Assembly (NCBI GenBank): GCA_045535965.1
Contig: JAZSMR010000089.1
Coordinates: 4,457 to 68,456, forward strand
DNA: 64,000 bases
Reading direction: 5' to 3'
From: Acutalibacteraceae bacterium
GTDB taxonomy: Bacteria; Bacillota; Clostridia; Oscillospirales; Acutalibacteraceae
The notes beneath the pieces were generated by a model. The model searched no databases, had not been told where the DNA came from, and was given only the letters and a program-made list of their open reading frames with translations. Each line of letters opens with the position of its first letter. Within the stretch, counting starts at the first letter, position 1. Shown piece after piece: positions 35,792 through 45,798 of the stretch. A program made the position numbers and the translations under genes.

Positions 35792-37537
35792 TCATTTTAT
35801 TCTTAATCTTTCAACCAGATCTTTATCCGGCTTTGTGATGATAGTCCAGTACTCGTGATAAATTACCATACCGGCTTTTGCACCGTTAGGTTTTTTCAGA
35901 GCTTTGACCCTCGTATAGTCAACGGGCACAAGGGATGAATCCTTTGCCTTGCTGTAATAAGCAGCAATTACTGCCGCTTCTTCTATTGATGCATCTGATA
36001 TTTCTTTGCTGTCACCGACAATTATTACATGCGAGCCGGGTATCTTCTGTGTATGAAGCCACATATCATTTTTGGCTGCTGTTTTAAGTGATAACTTATC
36101 ATTCTGAATGTTGTTTCTGCCGACTAAAATCTTAAATCCGTCGCTTGACATAAACTCGAGTGGCGGCAACTCTTTTGGTGGTTTCTGCTTTTTACCCTTA
36201 AGGTTCTTGATATATCCGCCGTTCTGAAGTTCAAGCCTGATAGCAGAAATTTCACTGTCAGTATCAGCTCTCGAAAGCTCATCAAGAACACTGTCAAGAT
36301 ATACTATTTCATTCTCGCCGTCTGCAATAAGAGTAGCAAGCATTTTTTCTGCTGTCTGAGCTTTACGGTAATCCTTATAATACTTTTTCTGATTTTCAGT
36401 AGGCGAAAGCGCAGGATTGCAGGGAATTTTTATTACCTCGCAATTATCATAATAGTTTTCGACCTCATAAAAGGTTACACCCTTAGTAAGTCTATATAGA
36501 TTTGCAAGTATCAATTCACCGTAAAGCTTAAGAGTTTCTTTATCTTCACAGCGTTTCAGCTCTTCTCTCTGAAGAGCAATTTTACGTGAAGTTCTCTCAA
36601 TAAGGTTGTTGAGAAGTTTTATCAGCTCGTGACCTCTGTGGTTGATACGATTGATTCTGTCACGCTCATAATAAAAGTCATCAAGCAGTTCTGAAGCACT
36701 GTCATACTCTTTAACCTTCAGAAGCTCACCGTACTGATTCACATCTATGACGGACATGTCCTTAGGCTTACCGCTTTCTTCAGTGAGCATATAGACAGTA
36801 CTGCTACCGAGACTTTCAGAAAATTCTTTCAAAACAGCCTCGAGATTCGCTATCTGCCGATTGTCCAGATGAGAGACCTGTATATCATCGAAAACTGCTT
36901 TATGGGCAATTTCTCGCGCAACAACAGGTGAAATGCCCTGAATGGCACTGAGCACGGCAGATGAGAGAGTCTTATCTCTGTAACTGAGTATTCTGTCGAC
37001 AACCTTTCCAATATCAGCACCCTCGATTGACAGCTTGTCCTGCTGGGGAGGAAGAGCGTACTGCAAACCGGGCAATATTTGTCTGACGCTGGAAGTTGTG
37101 AAGTCAACTCTTTTCATTGAGTCGATAATCTTTTCCCCGGAAATGAGAATCATATTGGAGTATTTGCCCATAATCTCCATTACAACCGTGAGCTCTACCC
37201 TGTCGCCTATCTCATTTGTTGCATCAAAATCAATAAAGATAATTCTGTCAGTTTCATGCTGACGTACATCTTTGATCATAGCGCCTGACAGATGCTTACG
37301 AAGAAGCATACAGAACATAGGCGGTACCGGTGGATTATCTATATTATGTGATGTAAAATGAAGCCGCGGACTGTCAGCGCGTACGCATAAAAGCAGCTTA
37401 TAGTTACAGCCCTTACCTCTGAGATTCAGAATCACTTCATCTCTTGTAGGCTGATTGACCTTATCGACTCGAAGACCAACCGCTTTTTCATGAAGCTCGT
37501 TTTTAACTTTTGATAAAAATATTCCGTCGAGAGCCAT
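35792..37537 (-). CDS. rqcH: NFACT-family ribosome quality-control protein RqcH (fibronectin-binding protein A-like)
   Basis: 581 aa with NFACT-N at the N-terminus (MALDGIFLSKVKNEL...), a coiled-coil middle, and an NFACT-R region (WLHTQKIPGSHVII). Confidence 0.9.
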   Translation of the reverse strand: MALDGIFLSKVKNELHEKAVGLRVDKVNQPTRDEVILNLRGKGCNYKLLLCVRADSPRLHFTSHNIDNPPVPPMFCMLLRKHLSGAMIKDVRQHETDRIIFIDFDATNEIGDRVELTVVMEIMGKYSNMILISGEKIIDSMKRVDFTTSSVRQILPGLQYALPPQQDKLSIEGADIGKVVDRILSYRDKTLSSAVLSAIQGISPVVAREIAHKAVFDDIQVSHLDNRQIANLEAVLKEFSESLGSSTVYMLTEESGKPKDMSVIDVNQYGELLKVKEYDSASELLDDFYYERDRINRINHRGHELIKLLNNLIERTSRKIALQREELKRCEDKETLKLYGELILANLYRLTKGVTFYEVENYYDNCEVIKIPCNPALSPTENQKKYYKDYRKAQTAEKMLATLIADGENEIVYLDSVLDELSRADTDSEISAIRLELQNGGYIKNLKGKKQKPPKELPPLEFMSSDGFKILVGRNNIQNDKLSLKTAAKNDMWLHTQKIPGSHVIIVGDSKEISDASIEEAAVIAAYYSKAKDSSLVPVDYTRVKALKKPNGAKAGMVIYHEYWTIITKPDKDLVERLRIK

Positions 37538-37545
37538 AATACACC

Positions 37546-38310
37546 TTATCCGATAATTTTAGTGGGATTACTCTGTTTCAAAAGAATAGTTTCCACATTA
37601 TTAAATTCATTTTCTATATATTTTTTAAGAGAATATATTGCAGGATTTTCTGTTTCAAAGTGTCCCGCCTGAATTGCAGTAATGCCCATTTCACTTGCTG
37701 CCAAGAAAATATGATGCTTGATTTCACCTGTAACAACTGCATCTGCACCCATATCAGCACTCACGAATACGAAATCATCTGTACCGGCACCGCCACAGAC
37801 AGCTACTTTTTTAATGATTTTTCCGCTGTCAGCAACACGGCAGGTGGTTCCGAGAGTATCTGCAACCTTTTTAGCAAAATCGAGGGATGACATCGGCTCA
37901 ATATCTCCGATACGCGTTAAAGGCACCGGACATTCCTTATCGGGTATGCCAACAGGATTTTTTATATCAAGGAGGTCGCACAAAACATCGTTTACTCCCC
38001 CGTTTGCACAGTCAAAGCAGGTATGTGCTGAAATTGCACTTATACCGCTGACGGCTAAATCGTAGGCAAGATTGCCCTTTAAAAAGCTTTTCTGTGCCCT
38101 GAAAATTATGGGATGATGTGTGACTATAAGGTCAACATTATTTTTTATAGCATCTGCTAAAACCTCGGTAGTCAGATCAAGTGCGAAACCGATTTTCTTA
38201 ACCTCTTTATCCTTATCACCGACTAAAATACCGCAGTTATCCCACTCACACTTTGTATCATAAGGTGCAATTTTATCAATAAAATCGGATATATCTTTAA
38301 CCTTTACCAT
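37546..38310 (-). CDS. Nif3-like dinuclear metal centre protein
   Basis: 254 aa. VTHHPIIF and a C-terminal GHFETE motif. Conserved trmK-nif3 pairing, as in B. subtilis yqfN-yqfO. Confidence 0.9.
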   Translation of the reverse strand: MVKVKDISDFIDKIAPYDTKCEWDNCGILVGDKDKEVKKIGFALDLTTEVLADAIKNNVDLIVTHHPIIFRAQKSFLKGNLAYDLAVSGISAISAHTCFDCANGGVNDVLCDLLDIKNPVGIPDKECPVPLTRIGDIEPMSSLDFAKKVADTLGTTCRVADSGKIIKKVAVCGGAGTDDFVFVSADMGADAVVTGEIKHHIFLAASEMGITAIQAGHFETENPAIYSLKKYIENEFNNVETILLKQSNPTKIIG

Positions 38311-38316
38311 CTGATT

Positions 38317-38997
38317 TCACTCCCCGAGCAATTTTTCTGTTTCATCAATGACAACCTTTAAGTTGTCTGTATCTTCCTTGTTTGCACCCATAAGTGCATT
38401 ATATTTTTTACTGAGTGTATTTAAAACTTTCTCAAGATATTTTCTGTTTAATTCACTGTCAGGCAAAATTTTGCCTGTATATATGTAAGAAACACTGTGC
38501 TCAGTTTTTTCACCTGTGTACCCTGCCGACATAACGCAGTATAATCTTTTACCGTCAGTAGCAGTAACCTCTTTGTTGATTGTAAAACCGTTATCGATGA
38601 AATACTGTCTGAGCACCTCGGCATGAGTCATAGGTTGAGCAACAATGTTAATTCTTTCGTTATTCACCCAAGGTGCTTTCTCAAGTATCTCTGCTATAAG
38701 ATTACCACCCATTCCGGCAATTACAATATCATCGCAGGAGTTTTCCGGTATCTTTTCAAGTCCGTCTGATAATATCAGTTCAATTTTATCACTCAAGCCT
38801 TGCTGTATAACAGTTTGCCTTGCATTTTCAAGAGGACCTTTTCTTAAATCTGCCGCAATACCACAGGGACAAATATTATTTTCCACAAGATAAGCAACCA
38901 GATATCCGTGATCAGTACCGATATCGGCAACTCTTTTACCGTTTCTTACAAGACCCACAACTGCTTTAAGTCTGTCATCAAGTTTGATTTTTGACAT
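38317..38997 (-). CDS. trmK: tRNA (adenine(22)-N(1))-methyltransferase
   Basis: 226 aa. SAM-binding N-terminus (VADIGTDHGYL) and conserved pairing with nif3. Confidence 0.9.
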   Translation of the reverse strand: MSKIKLDDRLKAVVGLVRNGKRVADIGTDHGYLVAYLVENNICPCGIAADLRKGPLENARQTVIQQGLSDKIELILSDGLEKIPENSCDDIVIAGMGGNLIAEILEKAPWVNNERINIVAQPMTHAEVLRQYFIDNGFTINKEVTATDGKRLYCVMSAGYTGEKTEHSVSYIYTGKILPDSELNRKYLEKVLNTLSKKYNALMGANKEDTDNLKVVIDETEKLLGE

Positions 38998-39030
38998 AAT
39001 TACCTCTGAATATTGTTAAATTACGAAACA

Positions 39031-39056
39031 GAGCCGCCCAAAATATCAGGCGGCTC
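39031..39056 (-). terminator. rho-independent terminator after the DUF1858-like gene
   Basis: GAGCCGCC / GGCGGCTC is an 8-bp GC-rich stem with a 10-nt loop. On the minus strand it is followed by TGTTTCGTAATTT. Confidence 0.65.
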
Positions 39057-39070
39057 CCATAAAAATTCTC

Positions 39071-39274
39071 TTATTTTGAAGCAAGATATTCGTTAACTCT
39101 TGCTACGAGAGCGTCAACATCTACGCCGTGAACAGCGCAGGCTTCTTCAACAGTTTCGCCTCTTGATGCGGGGCAACCGAGACAGTGCATTCCCATTTCA
39201 AAGAAGAATACAGCTGTACCGCCATCAGCATCGAGAATATCGCCGATAACCATATCTTTAGTAATTTCTTTCAT
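39071..39274 (-). CDS. DUF1858-like small redox-disulfide protein
   Basis: 67 aa with an MHCLGCP motif. The overall pattern (ITKDMVIGDIL...ETVEEACAVHGVD) is typical of the DUF1858 family associated with hybrid-cluster proteins. Confidence 0.8.
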   Translation of the reverse strand: MKEITKDMVIGDILDADGGTAVFFFEMGMHCLGCPASRGETVEEACAVHGVDVDALVARVNEYLASK

Positions 39275-39301
39275 TGTGTAAACCTACCTTATAATTATTA
39301 C

Positions 39302-40255
39302 TTAAGCTAACTTATTCTTAAGTTCAATAGCTTTCTTAGCCTTAGCTACAATGTTTTCAGCGTCAAGACCGAATATCTTGAGGAGCTCAAGAGCAGGACC
39401 TGACTTACCGAATGTATCATTAACACCAAGTTTAACAACAGGCACGGGGTACTCTTCAGCGAGAGCTTCGCTTACAGCTGAGCCGAGACCGCCGATAACG
39501 CTGTGCTCTTCAGCAGTAACAATAGCGCCTGTTTCTTTTGCAGCGGCAACAAGGATATCCTTATCGATGGGCTTAATTGTATGGATATTGATAACACGTG
39601 CATCGATACCCTCAGCAGCAAGTGTTTCAGCAGCGATAAGAGCTTCACCCACCATAAGACCTGAAGCAACGATTGTTACATCCTTACCGTCCTTGAGAAG
39701 AACGCCCTTACCAAGTTCAAACTTGTAGTCTTCACTGTTAATACGGGGTACTGCAAGTCTGCCGAATCTCATATAAACAGGACCTTCGTGGTCTACGGCA
39801 GCGTGCACAGCAGCCATTGCTTCGATATCATCAGCGGGGTTAATAATAACCATATTGGGTATTGAACGCATGAGAGCAATGTCTTCACAGCACTGATGGC
39901 TTGCACCGTCTTCACCTACTGAAATACCTGCATGTGTTGCGCCGATTTTAACGTTGAGGTTGGGGTAAGCGATTGAGTTTCTGACCTGCTCAAAAGCTCT
40001 GCCGGCAGCGAACATCGCAAAGCTTGAAGCAAATACAGTATAGCCTGTTGTTGCAAGACCTGCGGCAACACCCATCATATTGCCTTCTGCAATACCGCAG
40101 TCAATAAACTTTTCGGGGAACTCTTTCTTAAAGGCGATTGTCTTTGTTGCCTTAGCAAGGTCAGCATCAAGAACGAGAATATCATCTCTTGTACCAAGCT
40201 GTTTCAAAGCAGCGCCGTAAGCGTCACGGGTTGCACATTTAATTACATCAGCCAT
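39302..40255 (-). CDS. transketolase, C-terminal (pyrimidine-binding) subunit
   Basis: 317 aa. Typical split-transketolase subunit B (FIDCGIAEGNMMGVAAGLA) directly downstream of the N-terminal subunit gene. Confidence 0.95.
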   Translation of the reverse strand: MADVIKCATRDAYGAALKQLGTRDDILVLDADLAKATKTIAFKKEFPEKFIDCGIAEGNMMGVAAGLATTGYTVFASSFAMFAAGRAFEQVRNSIAYPNLNVKIGATHAGISVGEDGASHQCCEDIALMRSIPNMVIINPADDIEAMAAVHAAVDHEGPVYMRFGRLAVPRINSEDYKFELGKGVLLKDGKDVTIVASGLMVGEALIAAETLAAEGIDARVINIHTIKPIDKDILVAAAKETGAIVTAEEHSVIGGLGSAVSEALAEEYPVPVVKLGVNDTFGKSGPALELLKIFGLDAENIVAKAKKAIELKNKLA

Positions 40256-40257
40256 AA

Positions 40258-41100
40258 TTACACCTCCAAGCTCTTTAAAGCTTCATCAAGCTCAGCCATA
40301 GCCTGAGCGTACTGTTCTGCATTGGGAGCACTGCCGTGCCAATCACACTGGTCTTCCATAAATGATACACCCTTACCCTTAACTGTCTTAGCAACGATGC
40401 AGGTGGGTTTACCCTTACAAGCCTTAGCAGCTTCAAAAGCTTCTTCAATCTGAGTGAAGCAATGTCCGCAGATTTCAATTACATTCCAGCCGAACGCTTC
40501 AAATTTTTCCTTAATGGGATAAGGTGAGTTAACCTCGTCAAGAGTACCGTCAATCTGAAGTCCGTTGAAGTCAACGATTGCACAGAGGTTGGCAAGCTTA
40601 CGGTTACCTGCAAAGATAGCAGCTTCCCATACCTGACCTTCTTCGATTTCACCGTCACCGAGAGGTACATATACTCTCAAATCCTTGCCTTGAAGCTTAG
40701 CACCGAGAGCCATACCGCAAGCTGCTGAGATACCCTGACCCAGTGAGCCTGTGCTCATATCAACGCCGGGAGTGTAACGCATGCTGGGGTGACCCTGAAG
40801 AATAGAATCAGGCTTACGAAGAGTCTTGATAAGCTCAACAGGGAAAAAGCCCTTAAGAGCAAGCGCCGCATAAAGTGCAGGTGCTGTGTGACCCTTTGAA
40901 AGCACAAGTCTGTCTCTGTTTTCACAGTCAGGCTTCTCAGGATCAACTCTCATTTCGCTGAAATAGAGATAAGTCATAATATCAGCAATAGAAAGTGAGC
41001 CGCCGGGATGACCCGATTTTGCGTTGAAGGTACCTTCTATGATACCTTTTCTTACTTCGATTGCAGTCTTTTTAAGCTGCAACTTTTTAATGTCTTCCAT
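40258..41100 (-). CDS. transketolase, N-terminal (TPP-binding) subunit
   Basis: 280 aa. GHPGGSLS and the GDG...N TPP motif (LGDGEIEEGQVWEA). Confidence 0.95.
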   Translation of the reverse strand: MEDIKKLQLKKTAIEVRKGIIEGTFNAKSGHPGGSLSIADIMTYLYFSEMRVDPEKPDCENRDRLVLSKGHTAPALYAALALKGFFPVELIKTLRKPDSILQGHPSMRYTPGVDMSTGSLGQGISAACGMALGAKLQGKDLRVYVPLGDGEIEEGQVWEAAIFAGNRKLANLCAIVDFNGLQIDGTLDEVNSPYPIKEKFEAFGWNVIEICGHCFTQIEEAFEAAKACKGKPTCIVAKTVKGKGVSFMEDQCDWHGSAPNAEQYAQAMAELDEALKSLEV

Positions 41101-41111
41101 ATTAATCCTCC

Positions 41112-41957
41112 TTAAAAATTACTATGGTTTTTTATAATGTATTCAATTAAGTCTGCAACAGCACCTTGATTACAGTGCCCTGCGACAAACTTAGCAATGT
41201 CCTTCATACCCTGAGGAGCCTGTCCGCAGCAAGCGGGAAGGGCAACCTTCTTAAGCATTTCATAGTCATTGAAATAGTCACCGATTGCAGCAGTTTTGCT
41301 GTGGTCAACACCTAAAATATCAGCGAGCTTGAGCACTGCAACGCCCTTATTGGTATCCTCGTTGACCATTTCATAGCTCCAGGCTGATGAAAGCATCAGA
41401 TTTTCTGTTGTATTAGAAAGCTTCTCAATGAACTTTTTAACCTGATTGATTGCAGGCGGAATCGCCGTATAAATAACTTTATACCAGTTTTCTTTGGGAA
41501 TTGACTCAAAGCTGTAAAAATACTTTATTGGTAATTGTGCATTAATTGCAAGGAGTCTTGCCGAAGCGGTAGGTCTGAAAAGATAAACATATTTATCGGT
41601 AATTACCTGAAAAGCAAGTGTCGGGAACTTTTTAACGCTCTGACGCACCATATCAATACAGTGCTCGTTCATAGGACTTTGCCATACCATTTTTTCTTCG
41701 GTATAATCATAAATACCAGCGCCGTTTAAAACAATTGCCTTGCCGTCAGCAATATCAAGCCTCTTGAAATGCTTTCTCATGGACTCGGGACTTCTGCCTG
41801 AAGCGAGGGTAAAGTTTCCGCCGTAATCGTTTATAAATCTGTGAATCATATCGTAATTTCTTACAACAAGATTTCTCGCTTTATTGTTAAGTGTACCGTC
41901 GATGTCGCTTGCAAGCAGCCACTGTGACAGGTCAACCTTATTCTTAACCTCTTCCAT
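41112..41957 (-). CDS. Cof-type HAD-IIB family hydrolase (sugar-phosphate phosphatase-like)
   Basis: 281 aa. HAD motif I (DIDGTLNN) and a C-terminal GDYFNDYEM motif. Confidence 0.85.
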   Translation of the reverse strand: MEEVKNKVDLSQWLLASDIDGTLNNKARNLVVRNYDMIHRFINDYGGNFTLASGRSPESMRKHFKRLDIADGKAIVLNGAGIYDYTEEKMVWQSPMNEHCIDMVRQSVKKFPTLAFQVITDKYVYLFRPTASARLLAINAQLPIKYFYSFESIPKENWYKVIYTAIPPAINQVKKFIEKLSNTTENLMLSSAWSYEMVNEDTNKGVAVLKLADILGVDHSKTAAIGDYFNDYEMLKKVALPACCGQAPQGMKDIAKFVAGHCNQGAVADLIEYIIKNHSNF

Positions 41958-42873
41958 TTTTATCTATCCTCCTGAGGAAATCCGTGAAATACTCAGGCAA
42001 TTCACTCTTGATTTCAATATATTCGTTTGTTCGCGGGTGCTTGAAGCCAATTAACCCTGCATGTAAACACTGTCCCGAGAGATATTCAATTACTTTCTTC
42101 GGTCCGTATACGGCGTCACCTGCAACAGGATGTCCGATATACGCCATATGTACTCTTATCTGATGTGTGCGGCCGGTTTCAAGACGCAAACCTAAATGTG
42201 TAAAGCCGTCATATTCATTAATTACTTTATAATGTGTAACAGCGTTTTTTGAGTTTTTCGGTGTGACAGCCATCTTCTTTCTGTCAACAGGGTGTCTGCC
42301 GATAGGTGCATCAACAATTCCGCTTTCATTTTTAAATTTGCCGTACACCACACTCTGATACTCTCTTGTAAATGAATGGACTTTTATCTGCTCTGCTAAA
42401 TTAATATGAGCAAAATCATTTTTTGCAACTATAAGAAGTCCGCTTGTATCCTTGTCGATTCTGTGGACAATACCGGGTCTGATAACGCCGTTGATACCCG
42501 AAAGAGAGCCTTTGCAGTGATACATAAGCGCATTGACCAGAGTACCGTCATAATTTCCCGCAGCAGGGTGCACAACCATACCCTTAGGCTTGTTTACAAC
42601 GAGAAGGTCACTGTCCTCGTATCTTATATCAAGAGGAATATTTTGCGCTGTAACCTCGAGTTCCTTAGCCTGAGGAATAACAACCTTGATGATATCATCC
42701 TTACGAGCCTTGTAATTCTTTGAAATAACCGTTTCTCCGACACTGACATTGCCTTCATCTATGATTTTCTGCACAGCGGAGCGGCTCATACCGTCAACCG
42801 CCGAGCAAATGACCTTATCAATTCTTTCACCTGTATTTTCGTCTGTGACTCTGATAATATGAGCGTTAACCAT
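41944..42873 (-). CDS. rluD: RluA/RluD-family 23S rRNA pseudouridine synthase
   Basis: 309 aa. N-terminal S4 domain and the catalytic motif HRIDKDTSGLL. Conserved lspA-rluD pairing. Confidence 0.93.
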   Translation of the reverse strand: MVNAHIIRVTDENTGERIDKVICSAVDGMSRSAVQKIIDEGNVSVGETVISKNYKARKDDIIKVVIPQAKELEVTAQNIPLDIRYEDSDLLVVNKPKGMVVHPAAGNYDGTLVNALMYHCKGSLSGINGVIRPGIVHRIDKDTSGLLIVAKNDFAHINLAEQIKVHSFTREYQSVVYGKFKNESGIVDAPIGRHPVDRKKMAVTPKNSKNAVTHYKVINEYDGFTHLGLRLETGRTHQIRVHMAYIGHPVAGDAVYGPKKVIEYLSGQCLHAGLIGFKHPRTNEYIEIKSELPEYFTDFLRRIDKNGRG

Positions 42874-43390
42874 TAACCGCCTTCTCTTTCTTCAGCTTGT
42901 TTTCCTTTACGATTTCATAAATCTGATTAATTATAAGCAGTACCGCCGCAACAGTTACCAGGCAATCGGCAAAGTTGAAAATGTAAAAGTCAATAAACAA
43001 TACCTCGATATAGTCAATAACGTACCCTCTGAATATTCTGTCTATGATATTGCCGAGACCGCCTGACATCATAAGAACAATGCAACAGTAATCGATACCA
43101 AACTTTATCTTACCCGAGAAAATTACAAAGGCAATTACACCGAGGCAAATTACTGCAACTACAGTCATAATGGCCGTTTTGCCGCTCATAAGACCCATCA
43201 TTGCGCCGTCGTTTTCATAATATGAAAGCTGCAGAACTTTATTAATTACGGGTACACTGCCGACAGGCTTAAGGTATAAATCAATAAAGAACTTGATAAC
43301 CTGGTCAATTATTACCAGGAAAAGCATTGCAATTACAGAATATACTTTAATTTTTGTCGCGGTAAGTTTGTTTTTATTCAAAGGCATCAC
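42866..43390 (-). CDS. lspA: lipoprotein signal peptidase II
   Basis: 174 aa with four TM segments. Conserved blocks YENDGAMMG and GGLGNIIDR, plus FNFADC. Confidence 0.93.
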   Translation of the reverse strand: MMPLNKNKLTATKIKVYSVIAMLFLVIIDQVIKFFIDLYLKPVGSVPVINKVLQLSYYENDGAMMGLMSGKTAIMTVVAVICLGVIAFVIFSGKIKFGIDYCCIVLMMSGGLGNIIDRIFRGYVIDYIEVLFIDFYIFNFADCLVTVAAVLLIINQIYEIVKENKLKKEKAVNG

Positions 43391-43399
43391 TTCTAAAAA

Positions 43400-44431
43400 T
43401 TAATCAGTTGTTATATCGTCGTCAAAAAATCCGTCAAAATCCGGCTGATATGAAAAATCAAGAACATCATCGTCAAAATCGTCAGTATCAAATATAGCAT
43501 TGCCAAGATCCTGAAGAATAATAGTTTGTTCGTTAATGTCATCAGGAATTATGGGCGCTGCTACAGGTGTCACAGGCGCTGACGCTTCACTTTCACCGTA
43601 GTATTCCGGTGAAGATACGGAGCTGATATCCTCATAAAAATCAGGATACTGTGATTTTTCATCAGCATCATTATAGCCATCCATATTGAGACTGAACTCA
43701 GGCAAATCTTCAGCTAATTTATCTGTATCAACTTCGATTGTTGTGGGTACGAAATTAAACTCAGCATCATCGCTGATTGAATCAACAGCAGGCTTGATTG
43801 TTTCAACTACGCTGAAAATTTCAGCCTTATATTTTGCAATTTCTTTTTTGAGCCTCTGAAGCTCAGATGTTGTAGCAGCGATAATCTCTTCGCTCTTTTC
43901 TCTTGCATCCTTGGCATCGTGATAAGCAGCAGCAACAATCTCAGCAGCTTTGGTTTTAGCGTTATCGATAATTTCTTTAGCTTTTTCCTTGGTGTCGTTG
44001 AGATATCTCTGAGTAAGCTCCTCCGAGCGCTTTTCAAGAGTATCAATCTCGCTGTTAAGCTGAATAATTCTCTCATCGGCTTCGTGAGTAAGATTGTAAT
44101 AGTAAGCCTCAGCTTCAGCCTTTTTTGTAAGGAAAATGGTTTCTGCTTCTTCGCTTGCCTTTTTAACAATCTCAGCAGAGGACTCATTAGCCTGAGCAGT
44201 TACAGTTTCCAAATAGCTTTCGGCTCTGACGATAGCTGCAAAAACCGTATTTTTACTGTTGTTATACTCTTCGATAGCAGGACCTATGGTTTTGAGTTTC
44301 TTTTCAAGTGCCTTGAAATTTTTGAGAAGTCTCTCATACTCTTCTGATGATTTTCTTACATATTCATCAACTTCAGACGCAAAATATCTGTTTTTGCCTG
44401 CGGAAGAAAAAGAATATCTGTTTGTAGTCAT
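43400..44431 (-). CDS. divIVA: DivIVA-domain cell-division protein with a long acidic tail
   Basis: 343 aa. N-terminal DivIVA motif region (RYFASEVDEYV), a long coiled coil, and an Asp/Phe-rich C-terminus. Lies downstream of sepF. Confidence 0.85.
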   Translation of the reverse strand: MTTNRYSFSSAGKNRYFASEVDEYVRKSSEEYERLLKNFKALEKKLKTIGPAIEEYNNSKNTVFAAIVRAESYLETVTAQANESSAEIVKKASEEAETIFLTKKAEAEAYYYNLTHEADERIIQLNSEIDTLEKRSEELTQRYLNDTKEKAKEIIDNAKTKAAEIVAAAYHDAKDAREKSEEIIAATTSELQRLKKEIAKYKAEIFSVVETIKPAVDSISDDAEFNFVPTTIEVDTDKLAEDLPEFSLNMDGYNDADEKSQYPDFYEDISSVSSPEYYGESEASAPVTPVAAPIIPDDINEQTIILQDLGNAIFDTDDFDDDVLDFSYQPDFDGFFDDDITTD

Positions 44432-44458
44432 TTTAACTATCCCCTATCTTAATGGAAT

Positions 44459-45049
44459 TTATAATTCAACCTGATTATAGAAGTCTCCGTGAAGTTCAAT
44501 ATCTGACGGAATGAATGCGCAGATGCTTTCAGTAAATCTTGCAAACACACTCTTTGTTACGTATTTTGCACCGTCAAGGAAGTCCATTGCTCTTTTGCTC
44601 TGGTCCTCAGAAAGAAGTGAAAGATTCACAACAACAATTGTATTTCTTTCCATCATAAGATTAGCAACATTCTTAGCATCATAAATATCGTGGAGAGAAA
44701 TAAATGTCAGCTTGAACTTGGAACCTGAGCGTGACTTAGTAGCGTTCATATCGTAAACATTTGATGCGGGTGCACTGTTTGATGCGATTTCATCAATACC
44801 CTTAAGAGGTGTGAAATCTTCACCACTGCCAAAATCAGGAAGTGCGGCAGTAGGCGAATAATTAAAGGAAGCAAAAGAATCAACAGGAGTGTCATCCACG
44901 TCACCGAAAATACCGCTAGCAAACTTCTTGGGCTTTCTGCTGTCCTCATAATCATCTTCACTTAAAGCGCTGTCAAGTATATCATCCTCATCATCTGCTC
45001 TGAAATTTCTGAGCTCCTGAACTTTTCCGAATATGTTTTTAATATCCAT
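44459..45049 (-). CDS. sepF: cell division protein SepF
   Basis: 196 aa. The conserved C-terminal SepF core (TIVVVNLSLLSEDQSKRAMDFLDGAKYV...) lies between yggS and divIVA. Confidence 0.9.
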   Translation of the reverse strand: MDIKNIFGKVQELRNFRADDEDDILDSALSEDDYEDSRKPKKFASGIFGDVDDTPVDSFASFNYSPTAALPDFGSGEDFTPLKGIDEIASNSAPASNVYDMNATKSRSGSKFKLTFISLHDIYDAKNVANLMMERNTIVVVNLSLLSEDQSKRAMDFLDGAKYVTKSVFARFTESICAFIPSDIELHGDFYNQVEL

Positions 45050-45069
45050 GATTTTATCTCCTCTTTATA

Positions 45070-45798
45070 TTAATAGATTCTGGGACCGAATATTGCCGAA
45101 CCGACTCTCACTAAATCAGAACCGTTTCTGACAGCAACTTCATAATCCCCTGACATTCCCATTGAAAGTATACACATATCTATATTATCTAACTTTTTCT
45201 CCTTTATGTCAATAAAAATTTCGTGCATTTTCGAAAAATATTTGCATAAAGTTTCCTCATCTTCACAAATCGGAGGAATCGTCATAAGACCCTTGACCTT
45301 TATCCCGGGTAAAACAGCAATTTCACTGAGGGTATCATATAAAAGCTCCATATCAAGGCCTGTTTTGCTCTCTTCATCGCCTATATTAACTTCAACAAGA
45401 CAGTCAACAGTTATACCGAGTCCTTGCGCTCTCTTGGAAATTTCTTTAGCAAGCTTCACACTGTCAACGGACTGTATCATATCCACTTCGTCAATAATCT
45501 GCTTTACTTTATTAGTCTGCAAATGACCGATGAGGTGTGCCTTGCAGTTATCAAGCTTCAGATAAGGCTTTTTCGAAAGAAACTCCTGAACCTTATTTTC
45601 ACCGATAAGGTCAATGCCGCATTCGATAGCGTGATTGATAAGCACAGGCTCAACGGTTTTTGTAACAGCCATAAGCTTGATCTCAGCAGGATTTCTTCCG
45701 GCTTCCTTGGCGGAGTCTGCAATCCTGCTCCTGATAACTGCGATATTATGCTCTATATTCTTAAATCTTTCTTCAAGAGACAATATTTCCATCTTCAA
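45070..45798 (-). CDS. yggS: YggS/YlmE-family pyridoxal-phosphate homeostasis protein
   Basis: 242 aa with the PLP lysine motif (LMAVTKT). Conserved position upstream of sepF. The start could instead be the ATG 6 nt downstream. Confidence 0.92.
   Translation of the reverse strand: MKMEILSLEERFKNIEHNIAVIRSRIADSAKEAGRNPAEIKLMAVTKTVEPVLINHAIECGIDLIGENKVQEFLSKKPYLKLDNCKAHLIGHLQTNKVKQIIDEVDMIQSVDSVKLAKEISKRAQGLGITVDCLVEVNIGDEESKTGLDMELLYDTLSEIAVLPGIKVKGLMTIPPICEDEETLCKYFSKMHEIFIDIKEKKLDNIDMCILSMGMSGDYEVAVRNGSDLVRVGSAIFGPRIY

Noticed and set aside
43807-44187. 126-aa same-strand alternative-frame ORF inside divIVA (rich in K, L, R)
   Set aside because: It is a frame-shifted reading of the repetitive AEK-rich coiled-coil codons. 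It has no independent start signal. A similar case lies inside recN at 2394-2852.
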